From an uncultured delta proteobacterium (lineage in GTDB: Bacteria > Desulfobacterota > Binatia > Binatales > Binataceae): a stretch of DNA of 64,000 bases. A model generated the notes under the pieces. It searched no databases. It saw only the letters and a program-made list of their open reading frames with translations, and was not told where the DNA came from. Positions within the stretch are counted from its first letter, which is position 1. Each line of letters opens with the position of its first letter. A program made the position numbers and the translations under genes. This document shows, piece by piece, positions 49,808-60,567 of the stretch. Location of the stretch: NCBI GenBank assembly GCA_963724765.1, contig CAVRVY010000004.1:64001-128000 (forward strand), given 5' to 3'.

Positions 49808-51042
49808 TGTTCGTTTTCGGTTATCTGGCGGCCGAAGGCGGCCAGGTTGCCCTGCCATTGCGCACCCAGCGCGAGAATCAACACCTGCTCATTGATATGC
49901 ACGTTCTGAGTCAGCGGGCGCATCCCGCCGCCGCCCGCCGCCGCGAGCATCTTATAGGTCTCGCGTGTGTCCTGGTAAAACTCGGCTAGCGGTGAGATCG
50001 ACTCGCCCGGCGGCCGTCCGCTGTGAGTCTTCAGCCAGAACTCGCGTTCGTAACGCTCGTGCTCCTCGGCCGAGACGTCGATGGTGTTGAAGGTGCCGTC
50101 CTGCGCACGGAACCTGGCGATCAGCGAGAGCAGCGGGCCGTAGTCTTCAAAGCGCGGCGGAGAATCGCCCACCAGCACGATCACCTTCTTGGCGTACGGT
50201 TTCCAGTTCATCTGGTTGACCGCGGTCACGCACGCGGCGTAAACGTCGCCCTGCGATCCATGTCCCTTGGCGCCCACCCCGCTTAGGAAGGTTTCCAGCC
50301 GATGGCTCGAGATCGTCAGCGGCTCGATGTCCACGCGTTCGTTGCGGCCGCCGAAAACCACGATTCCGACCCGCGCGATCGGCACCAGGCGATGAATCGC
50401 CATCACCAGCTCGTCCATCCGATCGCGCACGTCATTGATGATCAGATCCATCGTGCCGGTGTCGTCGATCACCAGCACGATGTCGAGTCCCTTGCGTCTG
50501 AGCTCGCCGATGAAGCCGCCGAACCCGGTGCCGAGTCCCGGGCCGGAGCCTGAGCCGAGCCCGTTGCCGGCACCCATCCCGATTCCGCCGGCGGACACGT
50601 CGCGCACGTAGGTATGGATTGGCTGCTGCACCGCCGTGTGCGAGACCTCGGCGGGGACCTTCGGCACCACCATCTGCGGCATCGTGTCGGGCATGGTCAG
50701 CTCGGGCATGTCGACGTCGCGCATCTCGTCGTGCTTCGAGCCGCCACCACCGCCCACCTGCTGCAACGTGACCATCAGGAGATCATGCGCACTCTGCACC
50801 TTGATCGTGGCAATCAGGATGAGCAGCAGGAGCACGTGGAGCGCGACCGAGAGCGGAAACGGTCCCACCAAAAAACGCAGCGCGTCGCGGATGCTGTGGC
50901 CTTCCTCATCGATGCGCGCTTCGTCCTCGTAAATACCGGGCGGGGTGGCGCCGCGCCGCCGGCGAAGCATGACGCGGCTAATCGCAAAAGCGAGCACCGC
51001 GATCGAGATCGTGACAACGATGACTATCGCATAGAGCGGCAT
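49804..51042 (-). CDS. Membrane-anchored von Willebrand factor A domain protein
   Basis: LDIVLVIDDTGTM MIDAS-like motif, KVIVLVGDSPP; two N-terminal TM segments. Confidence 0.88.
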   Translation of the reverse strand: MPLYAIVIVVTISIAVLAFAISRVMLRRRRGATPPGIYEDEARIDEEGHSIRDALRFLVGPFPLSVALHVLLLLILIATIKVQSAHDLLMVTLQQVGGGGGSKHDEMRDVDMPELTMPDTMPQMVVPKVPAEVSHTAVQQPIHTYVRDVSAGGIGMGAGNGLGSGSGPGLGTGFGGFIGELRRKGLDIVLVIDDTGTMDLIINDVRDRMDELVMAIHRLVPIARVGIVVFGGRNERVDIEPLTISSHRLETFLSGVGAKGHGSQGDVYAACVTAVNQMNWKPYAKKVIVLVGDSPPRFEDYGPLLSLIARFRAQDGTFNTIDVSAEEHERYEREFWLKTHSGRPPGESISPLAEFYQDTRETYKMLAAAGGGGMRPLTQNVHINEQVLILALGAQWQGNLAAFGRQITENEQ

Positions 51043-51254
51043 TGAAAAAGCATCCTGCGCATAATTGACGGTCCCCAGGTCGATAGCGCTTCAGGTGCCC
51101 TTAATAACGGTATCATCGAAAGCGGCGCCCGCAATCAAGCCGGCAAACAATATCTGCGCGGATTTGCCCCCGCAATCGCCTTGCAACAGCGCCGCCGCCC
51201 GGACGATTATGGCCGCGGGAAACTTCAGCGGTTGCCCGCCTACCGGAGGACGCC

Positions 51255-52682
51255 ATGTTCGACTTGATAGTTCGTGGAGGGCAGGTCGTGACTCCTCAGG
51301 GAGTCGGCCAGTGGGACGTCGCGGTGCAAGGCGAAAAGATCGTCTCGGTCGGCCTGCACGACGCGCGCGCCGAGGCCGGCCGCATCGTCGACGCCAGCGG
51401 CAAAATCGTCGTACCCGGCGGCATCGAACCGCACGCCCATCTTGCGAGCCTCATCGGGATGCGTCCCGAGGGCCGGCTGTTCACGCTCGGCCCCGAAGAG
51501 GACACGGTCGGGATGGCCTTCGGTGGCACCACCACGCACATCGATTTCTGTTTCGTACATCCCGCGACCGATATCCCAACCGCGCTCGCACGCCGCGCCG
51601 AGCGATGGAAGGGCAGGGCGTACGTCGATTACTCGTTTCACCTGGCGCTTGGAGGCGCTCTGCCGCTAAAGATCTTCGATCAGATCGGCGACGCCATCCG
51701 CGATGGCTTCCCGACCTTCAAAGTCTTCACCGCCGAAATCCTGCCGCCGCATCCCAAACGCCTGCCGTTTCGGCTCGACTACGGCCGCATGCAGCTTGCG
51801 ATGGAAAAAATTGCGCGCAATGGCGGCCTGATGACGGTTCATGCCGAGGATCACGACTTGGTGCAGTTCAACTACGAGCGCTTCATCGAGGAGGGCCGCA
51901 CCGACGGCGTCAACCTCGCTCTGGTGCACACCAAGCTTTCCGAGCAGCTCTCGTTCAATCACACTATCCAGCTCGCCGCCGCCACCGGCGCAGCGATCTA
52001 TTTCGTCCACACCTCGGCGCGCGAGGGCGTCGAGGCAGTGGTCGAGGCCCGCGCCCATCGCCTCCCAATCTACGCCGAGACCCTGCATCACTACGCCTGC
52101 TTCAACGCCGACGACTATCGCAAGCCGCGCGGCTTTTGCTACCACACCTACCCCTCGCTCAAGTTCGCCGAAGACCAGGCCGCGCTGTGGGAAGGGCTGG
52201 TGCGCGACGGGGTGTCGACCACGGCCACCGACGAGTACCCGACCTCGCTCGAAGTGAAGCTCGAGGGCAACCGTATCGACGACGTAACCGGCGGCAACCT
52301 GGGCGCGGAGGCGCGGATGGGAATCGTCTATACCGAGGGCGTGGTCAAGCGCGGGATGTCGCTGGAGCGCTTCGCCGACGTGACCTCGACCAACGCCGCG
52401 CGCATCATGGGGCTCTATCCGCGCAAGGGCGTAATCGCGCCGGGGAGCGACGCCGACCTGTGCCTGATCGATCCGTCGGTCTCGCGGCGCCTTCAGCGCG
52501 AAGACTTTCACGTCGCCGACTACAGTCCCTGGGAGGGCTGGGAGATCAAGGGATGGCCGTCGATGACGGTGCTGCGCGGCAAGGTGATCGTCGAGAACGG
52601 ACGGCTCAACGCCGAGTTGGGTTGCGGCCAACTGGTGGCGCGAAAGATCGATCCGGTGATCGTGCGCCGCCCCGCGTGCTGA
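51255..52682 (+). CDS. Dihydropyrimidinase/hydantoinase-like cyclic amidohydrolase
   Basis: PGGIEPHAH, GGTTT, FKVF, VHAED, TD, YPRKG.IAPGSDADL. Confidence 0.9.
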   Translation: MFDLIVRGGQVVTPQGVGQWDVAVQGEKIVSVGLHDARAEAGRIVDASGKIVVPGGIEPHAHLASLIGMRPEGRLFTLGPEEDTVGMAFGGTTTHIDFCFVHPATDIPTALARRAERWKGRAYVDYSFHLALGGALPLKIFDQIGDAIRDGFPTFKVFTAEILPPHPKRLPFRLDYGRMQLAMEKIARNGGLMTVHAEDHDLVQFNYERFIEEGRTDGVNLALVHTKLSEQLSFNHTIQLAAATGAAIYFVHTSAREGVEAVVEARAHRLPIYAETLHHYACFNADDYRKPRGFCYHTYPSLKFAEDQAALWEGLVRDGVSTTATDEYPTSLEVKLEGNRIDDVTGGNLGAEARMGIVYTEGVVKRGMSLERFADVTSTNAARIMGLYPRKGVIAPGSDADLCLIDPSVSRRLQREDFHVADYSPWEGWEIKGWPSMTVLRGKVIVENGRLNAELGCGQLVARKIDPVIVRRPAC

Positions 52683-52713
52683 GTCGCCCGAGGAGATGCG
52701 AGGATATAATTTG

Positions 52714-53826
52714 ATGGCTGACGCATCGAAATTGAAACTGCCGCATCGCGCCGAGCACATCGGCAGCCTGCTTCGTCCGCGCGAACTGCGCGACGCGTTC
52801 AAGGCTCACGCCGCAGGCCAGATGAACGACGCCGCCTATCGCGAGGTCGAGGACCGCAACATCATCGAGGCCATACGAATGCAGGAGGAGGCGGGGCTCG
52901 CGACGATCAGCGACGGCGAGTTCCGCCGCGGCTCGTGGGCCTTCGGCCTGGTCAAGGCAGTCGACGGCTTCGGTGAGGCGCGCTCGATGTTCGAGTTCCA
53001 CGACGCCGCCGGCAACAGCTATCCATTCGATACTTGCTACGCGACCGCGAAAATCCGCCGCAGCCGCCCGATCGCGGTGGGCGAGTTCGAGTTCGTCCGC
53101 CGCCACACCGAGCGCGTGCCGAAGGTGACGATGCCGGCGCCGAGCTTCATGCATTTTTTCCGCGGCAAGGCCTGCGCCGACCCGGCCATCTATCCCGACG
53201 TCGCCGCATTCTGGGCCGACCTGCTCCGCGTCTACCACGAAGAGCTTGCCGAGTTGAGCCGCGCGGGCGCGCGTTACCTGCAGATCGACGAGGTGCCGCT
53301 TGCGATGCTCTGTGATCCGGCGGTCCGCGAGCGCGCGCGCGAGATCGGCGAGGACCCCGACGCGCTGATCACGATGTACATCAACGGCGTCAACGACGTG
53401 CTTAGTGCGCGGCCGCCAGGAATGACGGTGGGGATGCATCTGTGTCGCGGCAACCTGCGCTCGCGATGGATGGCCGCGGGAAGCTACGAGGCGGTGGCCG
53501 AGCGCCTGTTCAACGAAACCAGGGTCGACGCGTTTTTTCTCGAATACGACACGCCGCGTGCGGGCGACTTCGCGCCGCTGCGCTTCATGGCGAAGGACAA
53601 GACCGTGGTGCTGGGACTCATCAGCACCAAGACGCCAGTGCTCGAGGACCCCGATGCGCTGCGCCGCCGTATCGATGAGGCCGCACGTCACGTGCCGCTG
53701 GAACGACTCGCGCTCAGCCCGCAATGCGGTTTTGCCAGCACCGTCGGCGGCAACTTGCTTTCGATCGACGACCAACGGCGCAAGCTCGGACTTATCGTCG
53801 AAGTCGCAAAGCGCGTCTGGGGCTAG
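52714..53826 (+). CDS. Cobalamin-independent methionine synthase II family protein
   Basis: AEHIGSLLRP, SDGEFRR, HLCRGN, LEYD..RAGDF, SPQCGFAST. Confidence 0.93.
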   Translation: MADASKLKLPHRAEHIGSLLRPRELRDAFKAHAAGQMNDAAYREVEDRNIIEAIRMQEEAGLATISDGEFRRGSWAFGLVKAVDGFGEARSMFEFHDAAGNSYPFDTCYATAKIRRSRPIAVGEFEFVRRHTERVPKVTMPAPSFMHFFRGKACADPAIYPDVAAFWADLLRVYHEELAELSRAGARYLQIDEVPLAMLCDPAVRERAREIGEDPDALITMYINGVNDVLSARPPGMTVGMHLCRGNLRSRWMAAGSYEAVAERLFNETRVDAFFLEYDTPRAGDFAPLRFMAKDKTVVLGLISTKTPVLEDPDALRRRIDEAARHVPLERLALSPQCGFASTVGGNLLSIDDQRRKLGLIVEVAKRVWG

Positions 53827-53855
53827 CGAAAAAACGCGAATGTAGGGAGATCGTG

Positions 53856-54662
53856 ATGGCTTATGAGAATTTCATCGTCGAGCGTGCGGGCGTGATTGCG
53901 ACCGTCTATTTCAACCGGCCCGAGAAGCTCAATCCGATAAGCGGCAAGCTGATGACCGAGATGCTCGAAGTCGCAACGGAGTTTCGCGACGACGAGGAGT
54001 CGCGTGTAGTGATCCTGACCGGCAAGGGACGTTCGTTCTGCGCCGGCGCCGATATCGGGGGACTTACGGCGAATGCGGGGGCGCAGGCGCAGCGCGGGCA
54101 AACCGATGCGGGGCGGCTGCGCGCGGCGCGGACCGGATGGCGTTTGATGGACGAATGGGAGCGGCTGGACCAGGTAACGATCGCGGCGGTCAATGGGTTC
54201 GCGATCGGCGGCGGACTGTCGCTCGCGATGGCGTGCGACTTTCGCATCGCGGCGGCCGACGCACGCATCTGGATTCCGGAGGTCGCGCTTGGCGTGCCGT
54301 ACATGTGGGGCTCGGTCACGCGCCTGGTCAATCTCGTCGGGATGAGCAAGGCGAAGGAAATGATCATGACCTGCGACGAGGTGAGCGCTGAGGAGGCGTT
54401 CAAGGTCGGGCTCGTCAACCAGGTCGTGCCGGCCGAGGATCTCCGCGCGGCGGCGCTCGAGTTCGCGGGCAAGCTGGTGAGCAAGCCGCCGATGGCGCTG
54501 CGGCGGACCAAAGAGTTTTTCAAGGCGCTCGGCAACGGCCGCTTCGGCGATATTACCTACGCCGACGGCTACCTGGGACTGTCGTGTCTGGCGAGCGACG
54601 ATATGACCGAGGCGATGGCGGCGTTCAAGGAGAAACGCGCGGGCCGCTACCGCGACCGTTGA
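53856..54662 (+). CDS. Enoyl-CoA hydratase/isomerase family protein
   Basis: NRPEKLN, FCAGAD, AAVNGFAIGGG, PEVALG, AFKEKR. Confidence 0.93.
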   Translation: MAYENFIVERAGVIATVYFNRPEKLNPISGKLMTEMLEVATEFRDDEESRVVILTGKGRSFCAGADIGGLTANAGAQAQRGQTDAGRLRAARTGWRLMDEWERLDQVTIAAVNGFAIGGGLSLAMACDFRIAAADARIWIPEVALGVPYMWGSVTRLVNLVGMSKAKEMIMTCDEVSAEEAFKVGLVNQVVPAEDLRAAALEFAGKLVSKPPMALRRTKEFFKALGNGRFGDITYADGYLGLSCLASDDMTEAMAAFKEKRAGRYRDR

Positions 54663-54720
54663 GCGGGGCGGGCTACGATCGTAGCTAAAGTATCACTTTA
54701 AGTGAGATTTTGGTGACTCG

Positions 54721-55233
54721 ATGATCTCGATTCCCACGCTGGAAACCGAACGGCTGTTGCTGCGGCAGTTCCGACAGAGTGACTTCGACGCGCTCGCGGC
54801 GCTCAGCGCCGATCCGGAGGTGATGAAGTATCTCGGCGACGGTAAGCCCAAGGCTCGCGCGGAGACGTGGCTGATGATGGCCACGTACCTAGGCCATTGG
54901 GAGCTGCGTGGCTACGGATTGTGGGCGGTCGAGGAGAAGGCGACGGGAAAGTTTATCGGACGAATCGGATTGCTCAATCCCGAGGGCTGGCCCGGATTGG
55001 AGGTCGCCTGGACGCTCGCGCGCGAGCGATGGGGCAACGGCTACGCCACCGAAGGCGCCAAAGCGGCGCTGGAGTATGCCTTCTTCGTCCTCAAGCTAAA
55101 GCATGTCATCAGCCTGATTCATCCGGACAACGCCGGTTCGATTCGCGTCGCGCTGCGTATCGGCGAGAAGCTGGAGGGGCAGGCCGAGCTGTTCGGCGTG
55201 ATGCGCTCGGTTTATGGGATCGATCGTCCCTAG
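54721..55233 (+). CDS. GNAT (RimJ/RimL-type) N-acetyltransferase
   Basis: LETERLLLR, WGNGYATE, I.P.N..S..VA.RIG. Confidence 0.92.
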   Translation: MISIPTLETERLLLRQFRQSDFDALAALSADPEVMKYLGDGKPKARAETWLMMATYLGHWELRGYGLWAVEEKATGKFIGRIGLLNPEGWPGLEVAWTLARERWGNGYATEGAKAALEYAFFVLKLKHVISLIHPDNAGSIRVALRIGEKLEGQAELFGVMRSVYGIDRP

Positions 55234-55322
55234 TCGCGCGTTGCCGCGTTCTTGGCGTCGGCGGGTTGTGATAAAAGCGTGCGGCTCGAACGAGCGAATT
55301 CGACAACGCAAGGGAGGTCTCG

Positions 55323-55625
55323 ATGCTGACCGCGATCGCGCTCTTAGTGGCGGCGTTGCTCGAAGTGAGCGGCGACGCGCTGACCAGGATGGGCCTGCGG
55401 GAGCGTCCGCTGTTGCTCGCTGCGGGGGCGCTTACGCTGTTCATCTACGGCGTCGTGGTCAACCAGGGGCAGTTCGACTTCGGCCGCCTGATGGGCGCGT
55501 ACATCGCTGTGTTTTTCCTGGTCTCCCAGGTGGTGGCGTTCGCAATCTTCCGCGACGCGCCCGATTACAAAACCATCGCCGGCGGCCTGCTGATTGTGAT
55601 CGGCGGCGCCGTGATTATGCTGTAG
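55323..55625 (+). CDS. Small multidrug/YnfA-like 4-TM membrane protein
   Basis: AALLEV.GD, DFGRLMG.YIAVFF. Confidence 0.8.
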   Translation: MLTAIALLVAALLEVSGDALTRMGLRERPLLLAAGALTLFIYGVVVNQGQFDFGRLMGAYIAVFFLVSQVVAFAIFRDAPDYKTIAGGLLIVIGGAVIML

Positions 55626-55632
55626 CCCACGC

Positions 55633-56712
55633 ATGTCCTTAGCGGCGGCCGCAAGGCTGATATTATGTGTGGCGTTGATCGTTGCCCTCGCCCCGTGCTG
55701 GCGCGCGCCAGCACAGACCGCCGGCGCCTGCGGCCCGTTTGGAAATCCGCCCGCCACGATGCTCGGGGCGGTCAAGCCAAGTTGCGGGAGCGGAGAGTTG
55801 CTGGGACCGTGGAAGGATGGCGACGGCACCGATCGTTACGCCTGTCTCCACGAACCCCCGCCGCTGAAGCCCGGCCGCAGGCTTGCGCTGCTGGTCTACC
55901 TGCATCCGTCGCTGTTTGGAACGTGGACGCTTAGGCATACCAATCTGCTTGATCTTAGCGACACGTCTTCACTCGGCAGCGGTCCCGCCGCTTCCGGCTT
56001 TATCGTGCTGGCGCCGCAGGGCAGAAATACCGCTCACTTTTATCCCTGGCCCGACAGTCACGGAATGGGATGGGACAACTGGTATCGCCAACTCAGTCCG
56101 GCGGGCAGCGTGAGAGTCGGCAAGACCGTTTATCCGGAAAATGTAGATGCGGCAACGATCGATCATTTCATCGCGGAGGTGGCCCGCTCCGGCAAAATCG
56201 ACACCCGGCGCATCTATGTGACCGGATGGTCCAACGGCGCGGCGATGGGCCTGCTGTACGCGCTCAACCGACCCAACGTCGCGGCGGTAGCCGTATATTC
56301 AGGGCCGGATCCATTCGGCGCGTTGGACGATCCGTGCCATCAGAAGCCGGTCGGCAGCGCGTCGGCGAACAATGCCGAAGTGCGGATCTACAATCCGCGC
56401 GTGCCCGTGATGAACGTGCACAACGCCTGCGACATCGCGGGGACCTGTCCCAACGCCGAAAAACTGGCGAAGGAATTGCGCTTAGCCGGGGTCAAGGTCG
56501 AGGACGTGATCGTTGACTCGTCCGGCAAACGCGTCGATGCATGCACGGACTACTGCGGCACCGATCCGAATGGCGGGCTCGCCTTCCTGTACAATCCGCT
56601 GGGCTGGCTCATCGGCCTGCATCGTCACGAGCGATGGCCGTCAAAGTGGACGCCGGCGATGCTCGAGTTCTTCCGCGCGCATCCATTGCAGCCAGCCGCC
56701 GCACCGTTCTGA
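55633..56712 (+). CDS. Secreted alpha/beta hydrolase (PHB depolymerase/LpqC-like esterase)
   Basis: Signal peptide, LVYLH, ID.RRIYVTGWSNGA nucleophile motif. Confidence 0.82.
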   Translation: MSLAAAARLILCVALIVALAPCWRAPAQTAGACGPFGNPPATMLGAVKPSCGSGELLGPWKDGDGTDRYACLHEPPPLKPGRRLALLVYLHPSLFGTWTLRHTNLLDLSDTSSLGSGPAASGFIVLAPQGRNTAHFYPWPDSHGMGWDNWYRQLSPAGSVRVGKTVYPENVDAATIDHFIAEVARSGKIDTRRIYVTGWSNGAAMGLLYALNRPNVAAVAVYSGPDPFGALDDPCHQKPVGSASANNAEVRIYNPRVPVMNVHNACDIAGTCPNAEKLAKELRLAGVKVEDVIVDSSGKRVDACTDYCGTDPNGGLAFLYNPLGWLIGLHRHERWPSKWTPAMLEFFRAHPLQPAAAPF

Positions 56713-56731
56713 GGCGCGCGAACGCGGCGCG

Positions 56732-57928
56732 CTAGATGACTTTGCGCTCGCGCAATGCGGCGATCGCGGCTGCGTCGAGACCGAGTTCCGTGCGCAGGAA
56801 TTCATCGTTGTCGGCGCCCAGCGCCGGCGCCAGCGACTGCGGCACCGCCGCCTCGGCGTTCATCCGCAGTGGCGAGGTCCACATCGTGATACGGCCCAAG
56901 CGCGGGTCATCGATCTCGCGCAGCATCCCGCGCGCGTGCAGATGCGGGTCGGTCATCACCTCGGGCAGTTCCTTGACGATACCGCAGAAGACGTCCGCCG
57001 CGCTGAGCATCGCCATCAGGGCCTCGCGCGTATGCCCGCGCGTCCATGCCGCTACCATCTCGTCGATCTCATCCACATTCGCCGCGCGCGCCTTCGCCGT
57101 GGCAAAGCGCGCGTCCTCGGCCAGTTCCGGCCGTCCGATCAACTCGCACAACCGGCGCCATCGAGCGTTCTCGCCGGCGAGGATCAGCACGTAGCCGTCG
57201 CTTGCCGGGTACACGTTGTAGGGCACGATCACGCCGCCGGGAGAGCTATTGCCGTTGCGCGTCTCGGTGATTCCCATCCCGTAATACGCGCCGATATGCG
57301 TGGTCAGCGCGGGCACGATCGCGTCCTGCAGCGCGACTTCGACCAGCATCCCTTCGCCGGTGCGGTCGCGGTTGCGCAGCGCGGCGAGTATCGCGGTGGC
57401 GAAATGGACGCCGCCGAGCATGTCGACGACGGCCGGCCCGGCCTTCATCGGCGGCCCGTCAGCTTCGCCGGTGGTGCTCAGCACGCCGCTCATCGCCTGC
57501 ACGACCGGATCGAAAGCCGGGAGGTCGCGATAAGGTCCGCTCAATCCGTAACCCTTGCCGGTCGCATAAATGATCCGCGGGTTGATCGCGCGCAGCACGT
57601 CATAACCGAGGCCGAAGCCTTCCATCGCGCCGTAAGCGAAATTTTCGGCCACGACGTCGGCGCGCGCGACCATCCGCTTGAAAAGTTCGCGTCCCTCGTC
57701 GCTCTTGAGGTTCAGCGTGATCGAACGCTTGTTGACGTTGAGGATCGCGAACCCGATGCTGATCTCGCGTCCGGGCGCGCGGTAAAGCGCGCGCATGCCT
57801 TCGCCACCGGGCGGCTCAATCTTGATGACATCGGCGCCGAGGTACGAGAGCAGCAGCGTTCCATACGGACCGTTGTAGAAGTGGGTGAGATCGAGCACCC
57901 GGATGTCGTCGAGCGGGCGAACTGGCAC
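56732..57928 (-). CDS. Class III CoA-transferase (CaiB/BaiF)
   Basis: IRVLDLT...GP, LGADVIKIEPP, NKRSI.LNLK, catalytic Asp in VVDMLGG. Confidence 0.93.
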   Translation of the reverse strand: MPVRPLDDIRVLDLTHFYNGPYGTLLLSYLGADVIKIEPPGGEGMRALYRAPGREISIGFAILNVNKRSITLNLKSDEGRELFKRMVARADVVAENFAYGAMEGFGLGYDVLRAINPRIIYATGKGYGLSGPYRDLPAFDPVVQAMSGVLSTTGEADGPPMKAGPAVVDMLGGVHFATAILAALRNRDRTGEGMLVEVALQDAIVPALTTHIGAYYGMGITETRNGNSSPGGVIVPYNVYPASDGYVLILAGENARWRRLCELIGRPELAEDARFATAKARAANVDEIDEMVAAWTRGHTREALMAMLSAADVFCGIVKELPEVMTDPHLHARGMLREIDDPRLGRITMWTSPLRMNAEAAVPQSLAPALGADNDEFLRTELGLDAAAIAALRERKVI

Positions 57929-58074
57929 GGGTCACCTCTTGGCGCGCGGTGCTCGCGGGCGCCGCACGCGGCCAGTCCTTTTATAGCAGAGGTGATAGCA
58001 AAGGCGGCGCGCCGATGTAGCGCGCCGCCTTCTCCGAATAGTCGCGAGTCGCGGTCTGACGATCGTTACTTTCG

Positions 58075-59316
58075 CTACTTGATGATTTCCGCCTGGCGCA
58101 ACTCGTCGATCTTCTGTTGCGAGAAGCCGAGCAGGGTCTTGAACACCTCGTCGGTATCCGCGCCGCGCACCGGCGCCGCATGCTGCACTTCGCTCGGCGT
58201 GCCCGACATTTTCCACGGGATGCCGGCGTGGATACGGTGGCCGACCTCCGGATGCTCGAGCCGCAGCAGGTAGCCGCGTTCCGTCAGATGCTTGTCCTCG
58301 GCGAGGTCGCGGTTGCTCATCGAGGGAAACGCAGCGACGCCTGCCCGCTGGAGCGTCTCGGCGGCTTCCCACTTGTCGCGTTCGCGAGTCCATGCGGTAA
58401 CTATGGCGTCGAGCGCGGCCTCGTTTTTCTTGCGCAGCTCGGCGCTCTTGAAGCGCGCGTCGTTGGCGAGCGCCGGCTGGCCGATCGCCTGGCAGAGCGC
58501 GCGCCATTCATCTTCGGTGCCGACCGCGATCGACACCCACTGGTCGTCGTTGCCGGTGCTCTTGTAGGTCTCGTGCGGCGCCATCAGGCGGTCGTGATTG
58601 CCGTTGCGTGCGGGCTCGCGATGGTTGATGTCCCATTCGAGCAGGCCCTCCGCCATGTGCACCAGCACGGCCTCCCACTGCGACTGGTCGATGAACTGGC
58701 CCTCGCCAGTCAAGTCGCGATGGAGCAGGGCGGCGATGATCGCGTACGCGCCCATCACGCCCGCATTGGGATCCGGATACGAAACGCCGATTTCCGAGGG
58801 GTCCCCGCCAGGGTAGCCGGTTAGCCAGAACTGGCCCGAGAGCGCGGAGGCCGGTGGTCCGTAGCCGACATAGCGGCGGAACGGGCCGTACTGGCCGTAA
58901 CCCGACATCGAGATCTGGATGATGTCGGGCTTGATCTCGCGCAGCTTCTCGTAACTGAAGCCGAGCTTGTCGATCACGCCGGCGGCGAAATTGTCGGCCA
59001 CCACGTCGCAGTGTTTCACCAGTTGGAAGGCGAGCTTGACCGCCTCGGGCTTTTGCAGGTTGAGCAGGATGCTGCGCTTGCCCTGGTTGTACTGGTTGAA
59101 GTAGCCGGCCCGATTGGGTCCGGGCTGGTTGTCGGCGAACGGCGGAATCAGCCGCGTGACACAAGCCGGCCGCGCGGTGGTCTCGATTCGGATGACCTCG
59201 GCGCCGAGGTGCGCGAGGGTCTGGGTGCAGAAAGGGCCCGCCCATGCCCAGGTGAAATCCAGAACCCGCACACCGCTTAAAGGTGAATCAGCCATAACAT
59301 AACTCTCCAGCGACAT
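58075..59316 (-). CDS. Class III CoA-transferase (BbsF-like)
   Basis: VRVLDFTWAWAGP, LGAEVIRIE, YPDP.AG. Confidence 0.93.
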   Translation of the reverse strand: MSLESYVMADSPLSGVRVLDFTWAWAGPFCTQTLAHLGAEVIRIETTARPACVTRLIPPFADNQPGPNRAGYFNQYNQGKRSILLNLQKPEAVKLAFQLVKHCDVVADNFAAGVIDKLGFSYEKLREIKPDIIQISMSGYGQYGPFRRYVGYGPPASALSGQFWLTGYPGGDPSEIGVSYPDPNAGVMGAYAIIAALLHRDLTGEGQFIDQSQWEAVLVHMAEGLLEWDINHREPARNGNHDRLMAPHETYKSTGNDDQWVSIAVGTEDEWRALCQAIGQPALANDARFKSAELRKKNEAALDAIVTAWTRERDKWEAAETLQRAGVAAFPSMSNRDLAEDKHLTERGYLLRLEHPEVGHRIHAGIPWKMSGTPSEVQHAAPVRGADTDEVFKTLLGFSQQKIDELRQAEIIK

Positions 59317-59342
59317 CTGAGCTTAAGAGAAATACCCGGATC

Positions 59343-60563
59343 TCAAACCACGCCCGACTGTTTGAGCGCGGCCAGGCGCTCGCGCGGCACGCCGCACTCT
59401 CCGCAGTACACTTCCTCGTCATGCTGGCCCAGCCGCGGCGCCGGCCGGCGCAGCGACCATTTGATCTTGCCGTACTGCGAGGGCGCGCCCGGCAGCGTCA
59501 GCTTGCCCATCCCCGGCTGATCGAACTCGACGAAGTATTTGCGCTCGTGCAGATGCTCGTTTTCGTACATCTGCTGCATCGTGTTGACCGGCGCGAACGG
59601 GATTCGCGCCTCCTGCGCCGCCTTGTACAGGTCGGTCACCTTCCACCCGGATATCCACTCGGTCATCAATGCCTTGAGCGCGTCCATGTTCTGCGCGCGC
59701 GACACGCGGTCCTTGAAGATCTCTTCGCTTGCCCACTCGGGATTGCCCATCAACTGGACCAGGCGCTTCCACTGATCCTCTTCGACCGCGAGGACGAAAA
59801 TTTTGCCGTCCTGGCAGTCGGCGAGGAACCACGGGCCGAGCGCGCGCGAGCCCAGGCGCGAGGTTTCACGTCCGGAGTAGGTCCAGTGCATGAAATTCAT
59901 CTCCAGCATCGCCGCGATCGCCTCCTGCTCGGAGACGTCGATCGCCTGGCCCTTGCCGGTGCGCAGCTTGTAGCGCATCGCCGCCAGCGAGGTCAGCGCG
60001 GCGTGCGCACCACCCTGGAAATCGCACTGTGCGCCGAAGGGCTTGAGCGGCGGCAACTCGGGATAGGGCGACGCTCCCGGGCTAAGGTACGCCCAGCCGC
60101 CGGCGTTCGAGACGTTCAGTTCGTAACCGCGCCAGTTCGCACGCGGGCCGCGGTCGCCATACATCGAGATCGACGCGACGATCAGCCCCGGGTACTTCGC
60201 GCACAACTCCGCGCTATCGAGACCCTGATTCGCGCGCTCGTACGGCGGCACGTTGTGAATCAGGATGTCGGCCTTCTCGAGCAGGCGGCCCAGTAACTCG
60301 CGTCCCTCGGGCTTGCCCAGGTCGGCCGTCACGCCGCGCTTGTTGGTGTTGAGGTAAACGAACAGCCCGCTCTTTTCGGGGTCGGACTTATCGTTGGGAA
60401 ACGGGCCGCGGCGGCGCGTCAGATCGCCGCTCGGCGGCTCGACCTTGATCGCTTCCGCGCCCAAGTCGGCGATCATCTTGGCACCGAAGGCGGCCGATAC
60501 TCCCTGGCCGCATTCGACGACCCGGAGGGCGCCGAGTCCACGTGGGTCTTTCGCTGTGCTCAT
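59343..60563 (-). CDS. Class III CoA-transferase (BbsE-like)
   Basis: LRVVE...AFGAK..ADLGA..IKVEPP.GD..R..GPF, LNTNKRG. Confidence 0.93.
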   Translation of the reverse strand: MSTAKDPRGLGALRVVECGQGVSAAFGAKMIADLGAEAIKVEPPSGDLTRRRGPFPNDKSDPEKSGLFVYLNTNKRGVTADLGKPEGRELLGRLLEKADILIHNVPPYERANQGLDSAELCAKYPGLIVASISMYGDRGPRANWRGYELNVSNAGGWAYLSPGASPYPELPPLKPFGAQCDFQGGAHAALTSLAAMRYKLRTGKGQAIDVSEQEAIAAMLEMNFMHWTYSGRETSRLGSRALGPWFLADCQDGKIFVLAVEEDQWKRLVQLMGNPEWASEEIFKDRVSRAQNMDALKALMTEWISGWKVTDLYKAAQEARIPFAPVNTMQQMYENEHLHERKYFVEFDQPGMGKLTLPGAPSQYGKIKWSLRRPAPRLGQHDEEVYCGECGVPRERLAALKQSGVV

Positions 60564-60567
60564 GGTC

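Noticed and set aside
52677-52710. Amidohydrolase ending Cys-TGA as a second selenoprotein
   Set aside because: Domain is already complete, an in-frame TAA follows within 9 codons, no SECIS-like hairpin, and the next gene's RBS lies there
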